Both the position numbers and the translations under genes were made by a program. Shown here in pieces: positions 36,001 to 50,500 of a stretch of 64,000 nt of DNA (its first letter is position 1; each line of letters starts with the position of its first letter). The notes under the pieces are model-generated. The model worked only from the letters and a program-made list of their open reading frames with translations. It had not been told where the DNA came from and searched no databases. Origin of the DNA: Azolla caroliniana (Eukaryota; Plantae; Polypodiophyta); contig JBHGNT010000014.1 in the NCBI GenBank assembly GCA_043228905.1, positions 20,584,001-20,648,000 on the forward strand, given 5' to 3'.

Positions 36001-39000
36001 TCGTAGGCAACGAATGTGTTGACCCATTTCTTTCTCCACTTGGTTCTTGAGCTTTTGGAAGTGGGAGAGCACTTCACTCTTTTTCTTCATTGGAAAGATC
36101 CAAGTGTACCAAGAGTGATCGTCGATAAAGGTGACGTAGTATCAACATCCACCAATCATCGACATTTGAGCTAGGCCACATACATCCGAGTGGATCACCT
36201 CGAAGAGACCTTTGCTTACATAGCTCTCCTTTGGAAATGGGAATCGATGTTGTTTGCCAAATTGGCATGCTTCGCATACTCGGTTGACTCGCTTCGACTC
36301 AAAAGTCCGATAACTACTCCCTTCGACTACATAGCTCGGAGACGTTGGAGGTTGATGTGACAGATTCTCTTGTGCCACAACTCGATGTTTGTCTCGGCTT
36401 TGAGGCCTTTGCCATACATGGCCAAATTTACCTCATCTGAATCAAGAATAAACATTCGGCCTTCTCTCCGTCCTCTAGCTATGAGTCGACCATTCTTTTT
36501 TATGAAACGACCTCCATTGTTGAAACAGACTTGCATGCCTTGCTCCACGATTTGGCCGACCGAAACCAAATTCTTTGTTATTGTAGGAACATGCAAGACA
36601 TTCTTAATGTAATTGTTGTTGCCCTTGCTGAGAGGAATGTTTCCGATATGCCGAATGGTGTGTGGTGTCGTCTCCCGTCTCCAGTAGCTGGGTTGATCAG
36701 GTGTGCGCAAGTCACTGAACCACTCTTCATGGGATGTCATGTGATTTGAGGCACACGAGTCAACGAACCATACTTCTTCTGATGGAGATGTGTTGGTCGA
36801 ACTGGAGTTCGACATGGTGTTCGCTTTGTGCCTCATGACAAACATGCCTTCGTAGTCTTCAAATTCAAAGTTAGTGGCGTAATTGATAACTTCCTGACTT
36901 GTGGAAGCCGAATCACTTCTCTTTTTCCTGCACTCCTCTTCGGTGGCCGTTCTTACCACAGTAATTGCAAGTAACGGGCCTGATTTGCCGACCGTGTTCA
37001 GCATGAAAACCCCCCCTTCTTTCGAAGGTTCCTCGAGTACTTCCGTTTGCTTGCCAAAGGGTCGAGTTATTTTCATGATACTAGTTGACTCATCCTCCTT
37101 TGCCTTGGCAGAACCAACCTCTTTCGCCTCGACCACGTTTCGAATTCAAAAAGAACATTTGCCCTTCCAATGTCTTACTCTTTGTTCTCACATGTTTCTC
37201 TTTGACGAATAACATGGATTGAAGGTTGAAGAATAAGGAAGGGTTCTCCCTCGCTAAGATTGTTGTCCTTATTGGGTCAAATCGTTGTGCGATGCCACCC
37301 AAGCACACTTGCACCATCTCATCCTCTTCAATGTTTATGTTGATGGAGCTGAGTGAATCACATATGTTCTTGATTTTGCTTGTGTAGTCCGACACAATCA
37401 TTCTTTTTGTCGGATGTTGTTCAACTCTTGTCGGAGTTGAAGCTTGCGAGCGGTCTTGTTTGCAGCGAAGATTCGTCTCAAATTCTGTCGCGCTTCCTTA
37501 GGCGTCTTCACATCACAAATGTGACAGAGCATGTGATTGTGGACACATGTTGGCAAACAATACATCACCCAACTCACCCCTTGCTCCCATGTTGGGTAGT
37601 TGACGTTTGTGCTGCCGGGTTTGTTTTTAAGCGCACTGTCTATATAGCTCCAATACCCTTAGCCGACTAGGTATATTGTTCATCTTGTATTCCCAAGATG
37701 AGAATTTACTCCGGTTTAGCTTTTTGTTAGGGAGCAAGTTGCCCATTTGTGCATTCATGTTGGGGTAGTGTCTTCCTTTGGCTTTTCTACCCTTGGTTAT
37801 GTACTTGTGCAACGTAGCAACATTGCAGTAGCGGATAACCAAATTTGTCGTCGGTGTGTCGAACACACAATCATTATGAATCGGGTGGGCTTAGTGGATA
37901 TGCTAAACCACACGCTCTGATACCATGTTAATAATTAGGTAATTAACTAAGGGTTAATTGGTATCTAATTATGTGAATATTTAATCACGTGTGTGATTAA
38001 GTTGCGGAAGATTATGTGATATGTGTGTGTGTATATGTGTGAGAGGAAGAATGAGAGGAAGTCACAGTTGAGTGGAGGATGATTAACGAGTGTTGCACAA
38101 GAAGCTCTTACTTATATTAAAAAGACATCATCAAGTTACAAAAATACCCACAATGAGGTATATATACATCTCATGTGCAAAGGTGCACATGTGTGAGGAG
38201 AATATAAGTACAAGGGTGTAAGTCCTTCATTGAATGAGCTCAATAGTGGGGAGTCTAGAGATCTCCCACTTAAATACTAGGAACAAAATCATTTATAGTC
38301 ACCATTCAAAATAGATTCTATTTATGTAACTACTAATTTACATGGTTGACTAAAACTACTAGACTTAAGTTGAGCTTGATATCTCAACGCAAATGTTTGT
38401 TAGAAACATGGTTATATTATAATTGTGGGGACTACACTTTATTATGTAGGAACAATGTCGTGGTGTGGGGTGTTCATGAAAGGAAATACGTGAAACTCGA
38501 GATATAAAAAAGGAAAAACAGTCAAGTTGAAGGATGAAGCGAAAGTATGACTTGAAGGACATGACACTGGAGAATCCTTAAAAAACAAAAAGATGTAACT
38601 CAGTTAGTAAGAGCTTACTTGGAAAATATTAAGGTAAAGCGTTGAATCTCCATAGTGATCTCCATTTTGCTCACAAATAGGTGGCATGAGAAGATAAATA
38701 TAGGTGCATGCAAATGTGAAAAAACCAAGGTGCACATTGCATACTAAAGAATATCTATTATTTTGAATTGCATGAGGAGCTTTAGAAGCCTATAAAGGGA
38801 CAAGATAGCTCATTGTCCGACAAAGTCGGGTTTCATCTCATTTGTATGTGAATTGATTTTGTGATTTCTTGATGTATCATGCCTATATAAAATTGGAGAA
38901 GGGACGTGTTAGATTATTGTATAAATCATTGTTGGAGAAGGGATGCATCGGATTTTTCAGCTTGATAATACAAGAGAAGTACGAGGAGATACACAATTTT

Positions 39001-40274
39001 GGGTTAATTTCAACAAAAGTGCTCAATGCATAAACATGAGGACTTCATAACACAAATTTCAAAACATGATTCCGAACATTGGGCAAAAGGTTATGAGCAA
39101 TCATAGATTTTTCAAAAGACGGCAGTCAAACCTACTTATATGCCAATCGAAGTCGGTGTCACGGTCACAGGACAATGTCTGACGGGGAAAAGAACAAATT
39201 AGAAATTTCAACGATTTTTAATTCCTCGGGTGACATCAACATCGAGGAAATTTCGTCGAGTGCAATATGGCATTCGAGGAGTTCCCTTGATCGAGGAAAG
39301 GCCTTGATCAAGGAGCTCCCTCATTCAATGGAAGTCCTTGAATCGAGGGCTTTCTTTGTGGTGGTTATGAGAAACACTCTAGCAACCACCACATATTGCA
39401 TGTTGACAACTACGACTCTCACGTCACCTCCATGCATGTAGGTGACGTTGGCAAGCCATGTAACTTGCCATGTAACTTGCCTCAACCCTTACTTTCCGAC
39501 TTTAGGATACACATAAAACAATATAATTAAAATCCATGCCCACGTAAACTAAACTCATTTTCTGTTTTCCACAGATACCCCCGACAAACCAATGTACAAA
39601 TACACTTTTAACACACATATACATATAATTCAATTTTCATAAAATCTTGTACACATACCTACACATATGAAAAATGGTTTCTAGGGTCAAGAAGCTACTT
39701 ATTTAGCAAATGCAACATCCTTAAGCAAGGAAATCAAGACAACTAACTTGACCTACACTATTCGTTTTAGATTTGATCGGGAACATATAACTTACTTGCT
39801 AAAATTGACTCAATGAGGTCTTATCCATCATCTTGTTATAGAAGAGTAATTTAGATTGATTTGCAATGGTAGAAACCTCCACTTGTACTCTTCTTATTTA
39901 AATTCTTCCTTAGTGATCATCAATCAATAAACTCAGCAAGCGACAATAGCGAGAGTTTGGCACTTGTACACATGGAACCATTGGAAAGAGAGAATTATTT
40001 ACCACAAAGGAAATATAAATGCAACCTCCACAATCGAGGGAACCATCAAAGACCAAGAGTGCGAGAGCTTATTTTCGGGTGGTCACACAAGTCATTTAGC
40101 ATGAGCATAAACTGCGATCTTATTATCGTCTCGGAACAAATGATATTGTGATCTTATCGTCGTTCAAAAATGATCCAAGAAGAAGATTGGTTGATTTGTT
40201 ATGTGGAGCCAAATCGGGAGGTTGGTGGTGAATGAATATGATTGAGGTTTAGCCTTGAAGCAACAATCAAAGGT

Positions 40275-40684
40275 TGGGGGGGGGGGGGTACCTAATGAAT
40301 GAATGAATGAATGAATGAATACATATGTATGTATGTACATAATTACAACATTCATATGTGTATCAGTGTTTCTTTTGGTTAAGAAGTCATTTCACACCTA
40401 CTCCAAACACACACACACACACAGAGCGAACGCTTTCGTCTGCTTCGCCTTCTGTTTCTCGTTCGATCGATCGATCGATCGATCTTTCCTTACTTTTGTT
40501 GCCGATTCTCCCCCCGCGGTGCCCCATATTCTTCTGTCGAATTCCCCCCCCCTTCCTCCTATTTATCGCCATCGCCGCCATTCTTCTCCAATTAGCGGGC
40601 AAATTTGTATGCAAGCTGAAATGCCCTGATTTCTTCTTCTCGATCCACCATTATCTTCTTCTCATAGCAGATTCAATTCGGAAT

Positions 40685-40728
<44 letters not shown>

Positions 40729-40730
40729 AT
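40275..40730 (+). promoter_or_regulatory. IRX9-like promoter/5'UTR region with simple repeats
   Basis: Poly-G at 40276-40288, (GAAT)n, (CA)n, (GATC)n at 40464-40484 and (CT)n(CA)n at 40686-40728. Probable 5'UTR donor GTGAGT at about 40963 and acceptor ATATAG at 41562. Confidence 0.45.
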
Positions 40731-41587
40731 CTCCATCGCTGAATGTTTCTGTGTTTCTCCTTCATTGCCAGAACAAGAAATGGAAGTTGAAATGGATCGT
40801 TGATTCATTCTGGCTTTCTCCCTGCCTAGACAACATCATTCCTACCGACACATAAACAGACAGGATTCGGATCAAAATAGCGTTTTCTTTCTGTACAAAC
40901 ATACCACGGGAGCATATCACTTCTCGACGACATTCTTTTCTTTCTGCAAGCTCAAAGATATAGTGAGTACCGATTCCATATTTCTCTTATTGACAGTGTT
41001 CTCTTTCTCTAATTTCTGTACAACCATGCTGCTAAAATGGAGACTCGCTTGTGCATGATTGCTTCAAAATTTTCTGCTCGAATTTCTTTCTGGCACAAGT
41101 TTGTTAACGTTCTCTATTGATAAAATTACATTCTCCCATTTCATGACGTTTGAATGCATGAGATCTCATCTTGAAGAGTGTCAAAGTCCTTTCTTTGAGT
41201 CCCTTACGTTCCACTTCCCTTATTCCATCTTACATGTCCAAATTAATGTAACCTGCTCCTAGTCTTTCTGTGTATAGTGTGGATGAAGTTCTCATGATTG
41301 AATGGTTTGAGCACTTATTTTGCAAAATGTCAAAAGTGTTTTATTTAATACCCTCAAAGTTTTTTCTCATCATTTCTTGTAGCATGTCACGTTTATCTCG
41401 GTAAATTGTAGTATGCTCCTATGGTTTGCACATAAAATGTTGATCAGGTTCCCATTCTTCAGTTTCATGGCATGTGGTAGTCAATTTGAAGTTTATTGGT
41501 AACAAGCCATTATTTGTTTCTGTAAATTCGTCTAATTTCTTCCTTTTTTTCTGGATATATAGCACTGGTGTTCGGCATCTAGAAGAA

Positions 41588-44500
41588 ATGACCTCACTCA
41601 GACGGAGTTTATCTCCTTCAGTATATGATCGGTCTTTACAGAATGGTGTGTTTGAGCAGTTAGCTACATCACTTCCATCTGCTTCTTATGCAGATCCGTC
41701 ATCTGCATCTAACGAGAAAAACACATATTGGCCTTTTTGCATCTGGCTAAGGTTCTTTGAGAGAAAGGATATCTCTCATGACAGATCAAAGTCCAAAGGT
41801 AGTATATGGAAGAAACCTTTCCTTCCAGTCATGTTGTGCTTCTTTTTAGGATTTTCTGCTGGTTTGATGCCATTTTTTTCAACCAGCCCTTCCGATCACA
41901 AATCAAACTTAGGAGTGGAACATAAGTTTCCACAGGATGGTTTTCCAACTCATTTACAACAAGAATTGAACAATCTTGGAGGCATGGAGAGCCATACAGA
42001 TAGTGGGAATACGGATGCACTTGCCCCTGTGAATGCATCTGATCTGTCGAACATATCTACTCCATCCTTCACCCAAGTTTCTAACAACAATGCTGTTTCA
42101 GATCCTACATTTGGCAAGCTTCTGATTGTTGTTACTCCTACTTACAATAGGCCATTTCAGGCTCTTTACTTAACGAGAATTTCCCATACACTTAAACTTG
42201 TGCCACCTCCTCTCTTGTGGCTGGTAGTGGAAATGCCTGCTCAGTCAGTAGAAACAGCCAAAGTTCTCCGAAAGACTGGAGTAATGTATCGACATCTTGT
42301 GTGTGACAAGAATATGTCTGATATCAAGGATCGTGGTGTTCACCAGCGCAATGTTGCCCTAGCTCATATAGAGAAGCATCAGTTAGATGGCATTGTATAT
42401 TTTGCTGATGATGACAATGTATACACGTTGGAGTTGTTTGAACAAATGAGGAAAATCATGTAAGGATTTGGAACTATATTATCTCCTAAGCATTTTGTGT
42501 CTATTGTATTCATACTTATAGTTCATCATGCTGTCTGCACAAAAGTTCAGAGACATAAACCCTTTTCTTTGTAATTTTCAAAGACAAGCTCACTTGAAAA
42601 ACGATATTGAGCCTGACATTAGATGTGCTTTTCATCCTTATTGGATAAATGTATCGCTGTAGGCTTTATCATCAAATTAAAAAGTCATTTGCACATTTGA
42701 ATTAGATTATCAATTCTTATCCTTTGCACAATACACGGGAAGTATTGCTCATATACGTTTACATTCTGCCATATATTCCATTTAATTGTGACTCTTTGTT
42801 ACAAAACTTATGTGTGCTTTTTGTTCATTCTTCAGGCGATTTGGGACATGGCCAGTGGCAATGTTATCTCATGATAAATCTAAAGCTATATTGGAAGGTC
42901 CTGTTTGTGACGGGAATAAAGTTATTGGGTGGCACACAAATGAAAAGAGCAAAAGGTTAAGGAGATTCCATGTTGATATGTCTGGATTTGCATTTAACAG
43001 CACAATCCTTTGGGATCCTCAAAGGTGGCATAGACCAACTGCAGAGCCTATTCGGCAACTTGACACAATAAGAGAGGGATTTCAGGTGCCACAACATTTT
43101 AGTTTTTACCATAACCTATTTATTCAAATTTCAAATTCATTCTTTACTGAGAGAAACAATGCATCCTTCACTTCACCATCTTAGTTATTGAGTACTTAAT
43201 GCTGTGAAATATTGGGTTGAATTCAGATCAGAAACATGAGCAATATCATATTTCCTTGAAACTCTTCAGACTTCTACAGAACTTAGAAATGCAATATTCT
43301 ATTTTGACGTCCTTCCTTACTGATTGATTCAAGGAAAACCACTCTTTTCTTACAGTAAAACTACGGCAACATGGAATTCCATTGAATAGTTATAAAATTA
43401 GTTTGAGATCCTCTCACTTGCAGCAGAATAAAAGAAGACTTTAAATTGATAATAATCCAGACCTGTGTAATGGATTGGACAACCTTTTGTGTGAACTATA
43501 CCTTGGTTTCTTTGTACTTATCATACAAGCTCTTCTTTCAATGTTTTTAAAGGAAGTTTTGAAGCTGTAAAACAAGTGTGGGCTGTTTTCAAGGTGAAAT
43601 AGTATTTAAGCATGTCCAATATCTAATGACGAGAGCTAGATACCCACGGTCATTGGTCAGTGGATATTCAAATGGATGAGTCTATGTGAAAGACATGCTC
43701 TCTTGAGTGTGGTCATCGTTACCCTTCTGTACCGTATACATGACTAGTCTGTGTGTCTCTCTGCTAGATAATGAATCCTTCTCATATGCTGTGTCTTATG
43801 AGATGTGTACAAGTTGTGTTTGATAGATTTTGCTCCTCGAAAGAACACCACTCCCTTCTGATCAAAGGCATGCACTTGTCTGCAGCACATGGGATGGCCC
43901 TATTTCAGCTCTATCCATTTCCTCTTTTCTGCTCCATATCTCTTGAGCCCTCTCTTATCTAAATGGGAATGGCCGTTTTGTCACCTTGCATGAAAGAATC
44001 AATTGATGAGAAGGTAAGAAAATTACTCAAAATATAATATTAGATGATATAGATAGAATGAATAGAGAAAAAATATAGACAGGTAGGAATCTTTAAGCTG
44101 CAGAATAAGTGTTTTAGATTGCAAGACTAATACAATAAGAGAGATACTCATTAATTGCAGAAGGCTGATAAGAAGGAAAAGATTGTTGTCTACAGGACAC
44201 TAGAGGGAAAAGCCAATTGGCTGTCTAGTGTGAACCCGTCAAGACTAATTGTATATATATGAGAAACTTAGGGGTCGGATAGGGGTACGTAGTCTTTTTG
44301 GAGCTAGAGACAACTCTTGTATATTGTTAACAATCGGCAATTGTTCGGTTTGAACTGAACCGAACCACGAAACTGTGACTTAACGGTTTAAGCGGTTCAG
44401 GTTCAAGTTTTTTTAAACAATTCGGTTCGTTTTAACGGTTAAAAACTGTGGTTTAAACGGTCAAATGGTTTGATGGTTTTTAAAATTTAAAATTTAAAAA

Positions 44501-47500
44501 ATAAAATAAAAATAAACTAAACAACCTTTTCATTTTTGAGCCTAATTCTCACATTTTAGGAAAAAATTTTAAATTTGAAATAATGAAAATTTTAAAATTT
44601 AAATTTGAATTTTGACCCAAGTTGAAAACCGAAACTGAACTACAAAACCGTGGTTTTAATGGTTTAATTGTTTAACGGTTTTGTGGTTCGGTTCGGGTTT
44701 CAAAAATTTTAAACAGTTCAGTTTCAAACTGGTTCGGTTTGGACACTCTCGAACCGAACTGAACCGTTGCCGATTTTTATATATTGTATTGTACCTACTA
44801 TTATGAACAATGAAGCCACTATCCCTGGCATTGTGCATTGATTCTCTTTTGTCTTCCATCTTTGAATGTTGCCTGTATCATTTAGGATCTTTGTCTGCTT
44901 GTTCTTTCCTGTAGTGCTGTTGTTGGGCCTTGAGTGATTAGGTTAAAATTTGGGTTCCCCTAAGTTGAACTAGTGATATTAGAGCTTGGTTTATCCGTAG
45001 CAGAATATAGGGAGAAGTGCTTTGAATATCCGAAAATGCTTGCAAAGAGGTTGAGCAACATATGCACAAGAGAGGAAAAGGAATAGCAGGAGTTAATGGG
45101 CCATTGAGAAAAGGGGAAGAGTTCAGCTACGGTCGGAGCTTACTCACACAAAAATCGCAATCATGTCTTCAATGTTGAGATACACTTCATTGAGCGGTTG
45201 TCATACACTGGAAGCTCCAAAAGGGATGCAATGTTTCTGGAGGAAGTCTTTGGAAAAATTAGAATTTGGATGTGCTCATTCAGAGTTGGGAGTGGAGGCT
45301 GGTTGGCAAGAAGAGACTTTCCAACATAGCTGATGAAGATTGGGAAGAACGTGACCAATTGGCAATGTTTATGATCCAATTGCGTCTGGCTGATAGCATA
45401 TGTTTCCTGGTCTTGAACTGTGAAAGTGCCAAAACATTGTGGGGGAAGCTGCACAATACATATGAAAAGAACACACTGAACAAGTTCTATCCACATTATG
45501 CAGATGCCATACAAAATTTGGATGAACAAATCTATTTTGGTTGCTGCCCTCTTCAATGAGTTCGACGACCGATGTGCACATTGCGGAGCTTATGAGACAC
45601 CTTTTGTTGCATGGCACTCACTGAGAGTGCCAAATGACACACTATTGCACGGAAAGGAATCTGTTGAAAGTTGTATGGCAAGTGCACAAGGTGGAGCAGC
45701 ATACAACATGCATGACTTACAGGGGAGGTTCCCTGATTATAGTCAGAGCAAGAGTGAAGGATGAGTGATGGAGGAGAATACTTGTGGTTCGCCGGATTCC
45801 GGATGGAGTGCTACAATTATCACCAAAAAGGCCATTACCTGAGGAAATTCTGTGGGCCCAGGAGTGGAAGTAGGAACTTTGATGGTGATGGGCATGCAAG
45901 ACAGTTGCTGGCCTCATCATTGTTGAGGATTGAAGAGATAAATGTGTTGTCAGAGAATGACGAGAGTGCAGCAGAGAAATCAGAGATCCTTTGTACTGTA
46001 TTAGGAGAAGCTGTCTCGGCAGATTTGTTTTCACACATGGCTGCTGGACTGGACAGGTCATTCTATGTAAACCCATCATGGGTGCCTCATTAGCTATAAG
46101 GCCCTCCGAATTGACATCGATCAATTGAGAGATTCCCATCAATGTGTGATAGTCAGCATTGGATCCATAACTTCGGAATAACTGGATAGGAAGTGGATCA
46201 TGCTAGATGAAGTCTGCTTTGTGCCCAAGCTGACGAAGAGTTTGTTGTCATTTGATCGACTGGAAAGATGGGATACCGGATGATATTTTCTGAGCAGATG
46301 CTCAAGATGCTGAAGTGGAAACTCGTTGTGGCAAGGGGCAACAAGTTTGTATTGCTGTACCTTGTACATGTCTCAATGCAGGAGCGCTTGCTGGCCATGA
46401 CAATTCAGTTGGAATCACATTGTGGCATGGCTGACTGGGCCTTCTGTTGAAGACTGGGATTAAGATGCTAGAAGATTCTAATTCTCCGATAGCTTTTATC
46501 TTACACTGACTTTGAATTCTATGAGCATTGCATGCTTGGGAAACAGATAAAGAGTGCTGATCTGTATGTGAAGGGCACTGCAAACCCGCTCAAGCTGCTA
46601 CACTCCCACATGCATGAAATGATGCCCATGGAGGGTATGAGAATCTGTGTACTTCTAACTTGCCACTTGAATACGAATGTCAAGACCTTGGAGAAGTTCA
46701 AGGTATGGTTAACTGCTGTGGAGATGGAGAAGGGAGTGGAGGCGAAAGCTCTCTGGTCAATATCAATGAATTTCTAATTTTTTGTGAAGGACGAGCCATC
46801 CAATGAGAGGCCATGGGCCCCTGTATACTCCCGTGCAGAATGGTGGTGCCGAATGAATGAGTTGAACAATTGAAGACCAGGTTGTGTTGATGCTGCAACA
46901 CACAAATCTTGATTATGAGTTTTGGACAAAAGTTGCATTGACAGTTATACATGCCTAAAGACCTTCGACAATACCTCAATCTGAAGTTGAGGAAATGCAT
47001 TTTCCTCGAATATGGGACCACTGTCCAGTTTGGATATTGAATGTCGGATCCAGTGATGTGGATGGTGATTAGAAGCAACAATATAGTTTTCTACAATGAG
47101 AAGATGCATCGATTGCTGTCAAAAGAAGTAGTCAGATGAAGGATCACCTTTTCTATACCGTCGAAAGAAGGAAACAAACCTCCTATGTGATGCAGATAGA
47201 TGTCGGAGATCATTGCTTGAGACTAAGAAAGTAGGTGTAAGTTTCTGCTCGTAATCCATTGTTGATAGATGCTGGCGTACTTGAAACTAAGAAAGGAGGA
47301 TTGAGGATTGTCTAAAGCCTGAAACTGAATGAGAACTGACGCCAAAAGTTCCATACTCGTTCACGGTCGGTTGTCTGATATATGCCATGCTGGGCACTAA
47401 GCCTGGTATCGCGTTCTTGGTCTCAGTTGTTAGCAGGCACATTTTGAATCTCAACTAGAAGCACTAGGATGCAGCGAAAGGCATTGTGCACTACTTGAGG

Positions 47501-50500
47501 CAAAAGTTCCATACTCATTCACGGTCTGATATATGCCATGGTGGGCACCAAGCCTGATATTATGTTCTTGGTCAGAGTAGTACTCAGGATTATTTTGAAT
47601 CTCAACTAGAAGCACTAGGAAGCAATGAAATGCATCATGCATTACTTGAGACACCAAGGCCTGAGCCCTGGAGAGTGAAGCGGCAGTAGTTAGTTTTTTG
47701 AACTGACTATGCTGGCTGCGTGGACAGTAGGAAGTTGCCATTTGGAATATGTTTGTGGTTGTAATAGAGGTATAATGGAGGTCTTGTATGTGTGTGCAAC
47801 AGTGTCAACAACAGAGGTAGAGTATAATTGCAGCAAGTAAAGTGTGTATGATGGTTTCTCACCTGGTGGTGATGTGGGGATCACACATGAGGAAATAGCT
47901 AAGCTATTTATATATAGAAGATTGAAGGACAACACAGATGTATGAAAAGAAGGTCACCAGACAAGATGAAGTTACAAACAACAAAATGACTTAGCTCAAT
48001 CATCAAGAGCGTACACTAAGAGCAGAATTTCTGAGGTTTGAATATCGTAATGGATGATGAAAGGAGAAAAGTGATCTATAGTAAATAGTAAGGTATGTGG
48101 TAAAAATGAAGTAGGGACGTATAATTGTTGCATTAGCCGAGTCTCGAGGTCAAGTGCTACAAAAAGAAACTTACTGTTTTGGTAAGGACCCTCTTAAAAC
48201 TTATAATTTGGATGAAGGCGGAAGCACTGCCAAAATCTTGAACAAACTTAGTGTAGTGAATCAAGCGGGCATTAGAGATCACTGATGACAAGATGTAACG
48301 AAGCATGTTGAGGTTTGACATCATTTCGTTCAAGGTTGCATTGAGAATTATGTCATTCTGCTAAAGATGCACACATCAAGCAGTGCCGCGGATACACGTA
48401 CAAGGGCTCTCTCTACTACCTACCCATTTCAGATGCCACCAGCAGTTGATGCAGATTGAGGAAGTGTTAGATAGTTGATTGAGGATCACACAATATGAGT
48501 TGATGCTGGATTGCTGATCAAGGATTGTGCATTCTGGGTTGATGTGGGATAACTTATTGATGGTTGAGTATCATCGGCTGACATTAATTGTGGATAATGG
48601 ATTGATGATTATGGGAGATGGGGTCCCTACATCACCAGAATGTAGATGCCTGCACTAGGTGGGTGTAGATGGTGCCTACATGTGGTGTGTAGAGGTAGTT
48701 GACTACATATAAGGATCTAGAAGAATTTTGTAAATTCCCAGCTGTGTGTTTGCCTTTTGGTGGAGATTGTTGAATATAGGACACACTAAAGACAAAGGTC
48801 AATTGGGCCAGCCTAGTTTGAACCCTTCAAAACTAAGTGTATATTAAACACTTTGGGGTTCAAGAGGCGTGGGTTTTTCTGAGTTGCGTGACAATAACGT
48901 GCTCTGTTTATATAGCCATACTTAATTACAACTCTCTTTAACTATCATAAGAGAGAGTGAAGACCCCAGATTGTAGAAACTAATTCTGTTAGGACTTAAT
49001 GTAGCCACAAATCACTTCAAATGAAAGCATAATTAGTGGTTTGTTCAGTTTCCGAAGATGAAAGAGCAGGTGTAGGTTAATGTTTGCTGCTTCACAATGC
49101 AAGTCCTGAACTGAAGCTAAAGATGAACAGTTGAACAGAGAGTGTTTGCCTCTGTAGCCTTCACCTCACAAGCCTTTGGCTACAAAGAATTTGCCTACCA
49201 CACATTTGCCTAGCCAACCTTTGCCTTGTGAATGTTCATCTTGGGAGCCGAATTGCCTAATTGGTTGTTTTGGTCATTATTACGTTCGATTCTAAGGAGC
49301 TTTCAACTCTAACTTACCTAAATGATTTCTTGTTCAATCAGAATCGCACCATCCAGTGAGTGCTCCGGCATCACGATGATATAGACTACTGCATGTGGAG
49401 GTGCAGGTGGTTGACGTTTGCTGTTTCACAACGCATGTCCTGAACCGAAGCTAAAGACTGCATCAGCAGTTGAACAGACTGCATTGAATTTCTTGTTCAA
49501 GCAGAATCACACGATGATTAATTCAATGCAGTCGTGAATCTTTTGGGTATACTTTTGTTGAAAAAGAAAGAAAGAAATATTAACGTCTTTTAAGAGGCCA
49601 AAATGGCCTATAAGACCAAACAAGAGATTACATCTTAAGTGTTGTCTCGTCTTTGAGAACAACAAATCAAGAATCAAAATAAAATAAATATTACTCCGTA
49701 AATATAAAAGTAAATAAGATAAAAAGAGATGAGGGAAACTGGTTTTCGGCACATGTGAGATTCTCAAGTTAGATGTATTGTAACTTTTGTCTTCGAAAGA
49801 TCTCTAGCATAGGTCGATCCAGAATGGAAAGGTCTTCGAAGCGAGGGAAGCACCTGCGATGGCAGGAGATAATGGCTTTTAGCTGTCGATGACAACGGTG
49901 TTGAGGTTGTGGTCCATGGGGCCGGGGCCTACGTGCACGACAAATTGCTATTACCTGATCAATTGTAACCCCTTTTTTATGTCCTGTTCATCCAAATAAA
50001 CGACCAGAATTGTTATTAGGGATGAATGTTGTATAATATATCAAGTAGAATTAACCTTGGTTTATTGCATGCCAATGTGAAGGTGAAAAGTATCTAACTT
50101 CCATTACAACATTCGAAGAGCATGCTTTGTGTTAGTAAACCCCTCTTGCCATGACTGAAACCAGATGGCTGGTTAATGTAAAACTCTTGTTCAATGTGTC
50201 CAGTTAGGAAGGTCCTCTTGACATACATTTGAAAGAGAGGCCATTCGTGATATCTGGATAAATGGACTGTCCAGATTGTGGTTAATCGAGCCGTGAATGT
50301 ATAGATTGCCTGAAATCCACTCGGCACACATGGGGTACCCTTTTGCATTAAGATGGCTTTTTTAGTTGTCAAGAAACCAACCGGCCTTTAACTTTCACGT
50401 GAATACCCTCCAGGCACCAATGATTTCTCATTTGGCTGGCTATTGGGCCAATTCCGAAGTGTTGCACTCAATGGACTCAAGTTTAATTAGGATTGCATTG

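Larger units (their letters stand above)
27004..38389 (-). mobile_element. Ty1/Copia LTR retrotransposon (outer element), full-length but degenerate
   Basis: 5' LTR 37926-38389. 3' LTR is split as 27004-27387 plus 33008-33069. TSD CAAAT at 26999-27003 and 38390-38394. PBS (reverse complement of TGGTATCAGAGC, tRNA-iMet) at 37914-37925; PPT at 33070-33082. ORF fragments give gag, WFVDSCASNH, HTPQQNGVAERKNR and ALSSTEA. The YVDD segment is deleted near 34540. Confidence 0.95.

Noticed and set aside
38395-40200. Possible gene or LTR between the Copia nest and IRX9L
   Set aside because: Only short ORFs without motifs; no TG..CA boundaries or TSD could be established.
49066-49480. About 75-bp dispersed direct repeat (49066-49140 and 49397-49480)
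   Set aside because: Real but short and diverged; no TSD, PBS or PPT to support a TRIM call.
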